From contig CAXRHT010000003.1 in assembly GCA_964230645.1 (NCBI GenBank), forward strand, positions 32,001 through 96,000: a stretch of 64,000 bases of DNA. Direction: 5' to 3'. This DNA is from Bdellovibrionales bacterium (GTDB lineage: Bacteria > Bdellovibrionota > Bdellovibrionia > Bdellovibrionales > JAGQZY01). Below, one piece after another: positions 58,296 to 64,000 of this stretch. A model generated the notes under the pieces. It was not told the origin of the DNA, did no database searches, and saw only the letters and a program-made list of their open reading frames with translations. The position numbers and the translations under genes were made by a program. Numbering within the stretch: position 1 is the first letter of the stretch; every line of letters starts with the position of its first letter.

Positions 58296-61200
58296 ATGCG
58301 TTCTTATTTGAATGACTTAACCAAAAATAAAGAATCCTTTCATTACTCTGGGACAACCTCCCTCCCGAAAGAACTATTGGCCTTCTACCTTGGCACCAAC
58401 AATCGTCAGATTGGGCCACAACTGGTCATTACAGAAAGTTTAGAGAGCGCTAAAGCCTTCAATCAGCACTTTAAGTTCTGGGGAAAAAAATCGGCACTCA
58501 TTCTGCCTCCTTTTGATCCCTCTCCTTTTGCTGGAGTACAACTCAGCTTTTTCCAAGTGCAAGAACGACTTTCCTGGCTTTTTAAAGCATTTAATGAAAA
58601 CGAGAATCATGTTTTTGTTGCGCCTATTCTTGGGCTTCTTCAAAAAACTCTTCCGTTAGAAACTTTTTTTTCGAATACCTTTGAATTATCTGTAGGAGAT
58701 CAGCTTCCCGATAACTTTTTTGAGACTCTTTATCAGTTGGGCTATCTTAGTAGTCCTATCGTCGAAGACCGTGGTCACTTTGCCAATCGCGGAGGAATCG
58801 TCGATATTTATTCTCCCCAGATGCTCCATCCTGTTCGAATCGAACTCTTTGATGATGAAATAGAAAGTCTTAGAACTTTTGACTCCCAGAATCAGCGAAC
58901 CATCGATCAAATTGAACGTCTGGCCGTTGCTCCGGCAAGAGAAGTGATTTTGAATCATAGAAACGCTCTCAAAGCCAGTCAGACTTTCTTAAAATTTAAA
59001 GATCCAGAGCTGCAAAGCTTGGCAAACCATTTACGCAGAGAAGAGTACTGTGAAAATCTCGAATATTATTTACCACTGTTTTATGAAAAACCATCAGCAC
59101 CTATTGATTACTTCCAAAAGGCTCCAACAGTTTGGATGATCGATGAGCTCAATATCGAAACCTATAGGCAGAAAGAGTTTTCGGTCTTTGAAAACTTTTA
59201 CGATCCGGATCGGCACCCTGTTTCTCCTAATGAACTGTTTTTTGATTTTTTAGAAACAAAAAATAAGTTCGAAAAACTCTTTAGCTTAGAAAAGATTAAC
59301 ATCATTGATAGCGCTGATGACCTGCAAGAAAAGAAAATCGAAATTGCTTCTCAGAATATTCGCGCCCCAAAAGAAAATAAACTCAATGAGAAAATGAATG
59401 CTCTTTCTGAATCGTTGAAAAAATGGCCTAAGAATTCTTTGCGAATTTTCACAACTAAAAGTGAATCCCAATATCAACGATTAAAACTTTTTCTCGAAAA
59501 TTTTGATTATCAATGCGAACTTCACGATCAAATTCCTGATAATTGGGAAACCTTTTTCTTAAATGATAACCGACGCTCGCTTCACTTTTTTAAAGCCAAA
59601 ATTCCAGAAAGTTTCGCTTTACCCTCCGAAGATATTGTCGTTTACAGTTTAGATCATTTTCTTGGGAAGTCAGTTCAGAAAAAATCGTCAAGAAAAGCGA
59701 CGAACAGAGCTAAGCATCTTAGCTTTGGAGAATTAAAAGAAGGGGATTACATTATCCATGCTGTGCATGGAGTTTGTCAGTTCAAAGGGCTCATTAAAAT
59801 GCCTGTCGCTGGTGTGGAAGCAGAATTTCTACAGCTTGAATTTAAAGATAAAGATAAACTTTTTCTTCCTATTTATAGAATACATCAAATACACAAGTAT
59901 TCCTCGGAAAAGATTAAGCCGTCGTTGGACAAATTAGGTGGGTCTCGTTTTGCTAATATAAAAACGAAAACCAAAAAAAGGTTAAGGGAGCTAGCACACG
60001 ATCTCATAAAACTATACGCTCAAAGAAGCCAGAGCACGAGAGAACCTTATGACCTTAATACTGACGATATTTCAGACTTTTTTTCTGCCTTTCCTTACCA
60101 AGAAACCGAGGACCAAGCCTCGGCCATTGATAACGTCGTTCAAGACTTATCTTCCAATAAACCCATGGATCGTCTGATATGTGGAGACGTTGGTTTTGGT
60201 AAAACAGAAGTAGCTATGAGAGCGGCGTTCATGGCAGTGGCAAATAAAAAACAGGTAGCTGTTTTAGCCCCAACAACTGTCTTAACTATGCAGCATTTTG
60301 AAACCTTCAAAAAAAGATTTGCTGATTGGCCCGTAAAAATCAGAGTCGCTAACCGCTTGAAAACTTCAACCCAGGTTAAAAAAACTTTAGAAGAAACCAA
60401 GCAAGGTGAGGTTGATATATTGATAGGAACCCATCGACTGCTTAGTAAAGATGTCGATTTTAAAAATTTAGGCCTACTCGTAATAGATGAAGAGCAAAAG
60501 TTTGGTGTTAAACACAAAGAAAAAATTAGAAAACTAAAAATCAATGTAGACACCGTGGCTTTATCAGCAACACCCATTCCAAGAACTCTCAATATGAGCC
60601 TACTCAACATTAGGGATTTAAGTCTCATTAACACGGCTCCTGTTGACCGACTTGAAGTTCGCACCTTTATCTGTCGCTTTAATAAAGAAATTATCAAGAG
60701 AGCGATTGAGACCGAACTAGAAAGAGGTGGGCAGGTTTTCTTTTTACATAATCGTGTTCAAAGTATTTACTCAGTGGCTGAAGAAATTCGACAGCTACTT
60801 CCTTCCGTACCCGTTGGTGTGGGACACGGGCAATTGAAAGAAAAAGAACTCGAAAGTGTTATGATGAGCTTTTTCAATAATGATCTGAAAGTTTTAGTGG
60901 CTTCAGCTATTGTTGAATCTGGTGTAGATATACCAAATGCAAATACTATTTTGATTAACAACGCTGATAATTTTGGACTCAGTCAACTCTATCAGCTTCG
61001 GGGACGAGTGGGTCGTAGCGGACGCAGAGCCTACTGCTACCTTTTAACCGAACCCAACAAAAAGCTCACTGACATCGCAAAAGAAAGACTTAAAGTCATC
61101 CAGGAAAATACGGCTTTGGGAAGTGGAATGCAAATTGCCCAGTATGACCTTGAATTAAGGGGGGCCGGAACCCTTCTTGGAGAAGAACAATCCGGTCTTA

Positions 61201-61718
61201 TCGACAATGTGGGTTATGAGTTCTACATGGAGCTTCTCGATGAAGCCATTAAAGAGGCCAAAGGTGAAAAGTCAGTAGAAACTGTGGAACCTGAAATTAA
61301 CCTAAAAATTAAAGCATTTATTCCAAGTACTTACATTTCTAATATTCGACTAAGACTCTCTTACTATCGAGCTCTTACACAGATCGAATCTCCCTCGGAT
61401 ATAGATGATTTAGAGGATGAACTCACCGATCAGTTTGGAAAACCACCAGAGGAGGTCATTAACCTTCTTGGTATCATGTTAATTCGATATCTCTGTATCC
61501 AGTTGGGTGTAAAAGATATTTCGAGTGGTAAAGAAAGTCTTGTTCTATCCTTCACAGACAACACTCCACTTCCACCATCTAAGGTGATTGAGCTTACAAG
61601 CCAAACAAATAAAAAATACAGCATCACGCCTGATAATCGCCTAAAAATTAGAATGAAAGATTTAAACTGGCCAAGAGTCCATGAAGAGGTGGAACTCTTA
61701 CTCAAATTTTGCCCCTAA
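58296..61718 (+). CDS. mfd: transcription-repair coupling factor
   Basis: RGGIVDIY, CGDVGFGKTEVA, DEEQKFG, SATPIPRT, QLRGRVGR, DLELRGAG. Confidence 0.98.
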   Translation: MRSYLNDLTKNKESFHYSGTTSLPKELLAFYLGTNNRQIGPQLVITESLESAKAFNQHFKFWGKKSALILPPFDPSPFAGVQLSFFQVQERLSWLFKAFNENENHVFVAPILGLLQKTLPLETFFSNTFELSVGDQLPDNFFETLYQLGYLSSPIVEDRGHFANRGGIVDIYSPQMLHPVRIELFDDEIESLRTFDSQNQRTIDQIERLAVAPAREVILNHRNALKASQTFLKFKDPELQSLANHLRREEYCENLEYYLPLFYEKPSAPIDYFQKAPTVWMIDELNIETYRQKEFSVFENFYDPDRHPVSPNELFFDFLETKNKFEKLFSLEKINIIDSADDLQEKKIEIASQNIRAPKENKLNEKMNALSESLKKWPKNSLRIFTTKSESQYQRLKLFLENFDYQCELHDQIPDNWETFFLNDNRRSLHFFKAKIPESFALPSEDIVVYSLDHFLGKSVQKKSSRKATNRAKHLSFGELKEGDYIIHAVHGVCQFKGLIKMPVAGVEAEFLQLEFKDKDKLFLPIYRIHQIHKYSSEKIKPSLDKLGGSRFANIKTKTKKRLRELAHDLIKLYAQRSQSTREPYDLNTDDISDFFSAFPYQETEDQASAIDNVVQDLSSNKPMDRLICGDVGFGKTEVAMRAAFMAVANKKQVAVLAPTTVLTMQHFETFKKRFADWPVKIRVANRLKTSTQVKKTLEETKQGEVDILIGTHRLLSKDVDFKNLGLLVIDEEQKFGVKHKEKIRKLKINVDTVALSATPIPRTLNMSLLNIRDLSLINTAPVDRLEVRTFICRFNKEIIKRAIETELERGGQVFFLHNRVQSIYSVAEEIRQLLPSVPVGVGHGQLKEKELESVMMSFFNNDLKVLVASAIVESGVDIPNANTILINNADNFGLSQLYQLRGRVGRSGRRAYCYLLTEPNKKLTDIAKERLKVIQENTALGSGMQIAQYDLELRGAGTLLGEEQSGLIDNVGYEFYMELLDEAIKEAKGEKSVETVEPEINLKIKAFIPSTYISNIRLRLSYYRALTQIESPSDIDDLEDELTDQFGKPPEEVINLLGIMLIRYLCIQLGVKDISSGKESLVLSFTDNTPLPPSKVIELTSQTNKKYSITPDNRLKIRMKDLNWPRVHEEVELLLKFCP

Positions 61719-61826
61719 AAATCTTCAATTCAAAATGATTTCCTCCTAAATTCATAGCCAGGACCAATAGCTTATAAGGGTCGAGGCTTGTAGGAATCCG
61801 GGTTTTTGTAGTGCTAAAATATTGGG

Positions 61827-63413
61827 ATGAACAAATTTTTATTTGCACTCCTGGTACTGTCCTTAAGTTCTCCCTCACTAGGTTTCGATCGAAATAAGAC
61901 GATTCAAGAAATCATAAAAGGGATGTCTCCGGAGAAGAAGGCAGGACAGTTTTTTATTTTTGGCTTTACCGGATCCTCTTTTGATCAATCATTGAAACGG
62001 CAGCTTGAAGAATTGCATCCCGGTGCAATTATTGTATTTGGTCGTAATATAAAAACTCTCAACCAGGTTAAAGCTCTCAACCAAAAAGCCCAGAAGACTT
62101 CTCTTAAAAATACTAAGGTCCCATTACTTATAGCAGTGGACCAGGAGGGTGGAAAAGTTATCCGCATTAAAACCTCGCCTTCATTACCAAGTGCTAGAAC
62201 CTTAGCCCTTACCGACAATGAGTTTCTTGTTCAGGATGCTGGTTATGTAACAGGAGAATTATTGAAGTCGATTGGCTTTAATATGAATTTGGCTCCCGTG
62301 GTCGATATTTCTAATGCAAATTTTACTGATTTTCTTGGCAATCGATCCTTTAGCGATCAAAAAGAAATAGTAAACAAGATGTCCACAGCCTTTTCGAAAG
62401 GTTTGATTGATTCCGGCATCTTGCCAACAGCTAAACATTTTCCAGGACACGGGGGTGTGAGAACAGACTCTCATTTAAAAACACCCTATAAACAAATTAC
62501 TCTAACTGAATTGCTGTTTACGGATTTAGCCCCCTACAAAGAAATGCAAAACAATCGGATTCCCTTTGCGATTATGGCTTCCCATATTTCTTATCCACTG
62601 ATTGACGCTTCAAAAAAGCCCGCTAGTTTTTCATCTCTACTCCTAAAAAACGTGCTTAGGGATGGACTTGGTTTTGAAGGAATTCTATTAACAGATGATA
62701 TTCAAATGGGTGGTGCCAAAATGAACAAACTTTCTGTGGGAGAAAGAGCTGTACAAGCTATTCTCGCAGGAAATGATTTAGTGATGGTGGGTTGGAACCA
62801 CAGAGTTCAACAGCAAGCCGTAAAAGCGGTTACAAAAGCGATAAAGACAGGGCGGATTTCCTCTGCGAGGGTCAATGAAACTTTAGAAAGACTTTTTCGT
62901 TACAAAATGCAGTTCTACCATAAGCAGTCTAAAGAGCCTTTGAAACAAATTCTTGCACGTATCCCTTTAAAGAAAACTTACGATAAAATTTTTCATGCTG
63001 TTTTTAAAAATCAAACTCCAGAGCTTGGTCTTAAAGGAAAAAATGTCGATGTTTACAGTTATTCCTGGAAGTTTTTAACAGGATATAAAAAACAACAAAG
63101 AAGTCGTTTTTTTCATCTTAAAGATTTCAAGAATTGGAATCGGAGCAAAACGTCTGACTATATTGTTTATCACTTGAGCGGGCCTGTTACTGCTAAGATT
63201 TTAAGATCAGCTCCACACTCAATTAAAAAGAAAACTATCGTTGTAAACTCCAGCAGTGAGATTTTCTTAACAAACGATCAAATTTATAAAAAGATTATTA
63301 ATGTTCACTCCTATCATCCTAAGCTAGGAAATTTTGCAGCCTACCACTTAAAAACAAAGGATGAAGTGCAGCTAAAAAAGTTACGACAGCCGGCCAAAAA
63401 GTCCGATCTCTGA
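61827..63413 (+). CDS. secreted GH3 beta-N-acetylhexosaminidase (NagZ-like)
   Basis: Signal peptide, DQEGG, APVVD, KHFPGHG...DSH, LTDD. Confidence 0.9.
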   Translation: MNKFLFALLVLSLSSPSLGFDRNKTIQEIIKGMSPEKKAGQFFIFGFTGSSFDQSLKRQLEELHPGAIIVFGRNIKTLNQVKALNQKAQKTSLKNTKVPLLIAVDQEGGKVIRIKTSPSLPSARTLALTDNEFLVQDAGYVTGELLKSIGFNMNLAPVVDISNANFTDFLGNRSFSDQKEIVNKMSTAFSKGLIDSGILPTAKHFPGHGGVRTDSHLKTPYKQITLTELLFTDLAPYKEMQNNRIPFAIMASHISYPLIDASKKPASFSSLLLKNVLRDGLGFEGILLTDDIQMGGAKMNKLSVGERAVQAILAGNDLVMVGWNHRVQQQAVKAVTKAIKTGRISSARVNETLERLFRYKMQFYHKQSKEPLKQILARIPLKKTYDKIFHAVFKNQTPELGLKGKNVDVYSYSWKFLTGYKKQQRSRFFHLKDFKNWNRSKTSDYIVYHLSGPVTAKILRSAPHSIKKKTIVVNSSSEIFLTNDQIYKKIINVHSYHPKLGNFAAYHLKTKDEVQLKKLRQPAKKSDL

Positions 63414-63431
63414 AATCTTAACAAATACAAC

Positions 63432-63983
63432 TTAACTCGTTGATTGATCCGAAAGATTAAACTTCATTCTTAATGGAATCACCTTTATTTCTAAACCTTT
63501 ACTTGTTTCCTTAACTTCGGCCCATTTCTTTTTTTTCAAGAAAATCAATCCTCTATCGGATACTATTTCCCTAGGTTTTCCGCCCAATATTGTAGTTACA
63601 GTCCAGCTCGTTTTTCGGTTTTGGTAGATAAAAAACATTAGAGCTACGAGTTCTTCAATGGCTGGATCAAAGGGGACTTGGTTTTCTGATGAGGTTTTAA
63701 CAATATAGAAATTCTTAGTTTTAAAAAATTTCTCTTCCACAGGAAAACCTGAAATTTTGTAGGTGCCCGATTCCCAGTAGTTTTTCTCTTTGTTAAAGTG
63801 ACTTCTTGTTTCGACACTTCCATTTTTAGGCCCTACTCGTAAAACCCCTTTTGCAGTAATGATCCAGTCCTCATCTATTTTTTGTTTTTTAAGCAGGATG
63901 TCGGCTTTGTATAGTAGGTGGCTGGTTTTTAAACGGAGGACTTCCGGGGCTGTTTCTAAATAAGTACGACTAGGAATAGACAC
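63432..63983 (-). CDS. hypothetical protein
   Basis: 183-aa ORF with a GTG start and an in-frame stop just upstream; no motif recognised. Confidence 0.55.
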   Translation of the reverse strand: MSIPSRTYLETAPEVLRLKTSHLLYKADILLKKQKIDEDWIITAKGVLRVGPKNGSVETRSHFNKEKNYWESGTYKISGFPVEEKFFKTKNFYIVKTSSENQVPFDPAIEELVALMFFIYQNRKTSWTVTTILGGKPREIVSDRGLIFLKKKKWAEVKETSKGLEIKVIPLRMKFNLSDQSTS

Positions 63984-64000
63984 AACAAATACTTAACCTA

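Overview
Chromosomal segment from a Bdellovibrionota (Bdellovibrio-like) bacterium; the assignment is an inference from the Bd0055-type histone, the membrane-arm-only nuo operon and the gene set. The window has two parts. (1) Positions 1-15.6 kb are an accessory block abutting the 3' end of tRNA-Ser(UGA). It holds nine complete radical SAM genes (CxxxCxxC) of three architectures: four with a C-terminal twitch-like domain, four with an N-terminal twitch-like domain, and one with a Cys-rich C-terminus. The 5' end of a probable tenth runs off the left edge and is missed by the ORF track. The block also encodes a 2OG-Fe(II) oxygenase-like protein, a Cys-rich nitroreductase, an SdpA/SdpB-like (HTTM) membrane pair and a hypothetical protein. 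No precursor peptide, integrase or transporter is visible, so its function is unknown; it is the best candidate for an undescribed system. (2) Positions 15.7-64 kb are mostly core genes: serS, a GYF/TPR protein, murA-prmC-prfA-rpmE-rho, PilZ, a LysM lipoprotein, gatCAB, ligA, a bacterial histone, tatBC, hemW-grpE-dnaJ, an LpoA-like protein, lon, patatin, an MscS plus degenerate P-loop protein pair, nuoAHJKLMN, mfd and a GH3 hydrolase. TGTC-tagged REP-like hairpins with compensatory substitutions occur at about 15.66 kb and 43.0 kb. All calls come from reading motifs; no database searches were run.
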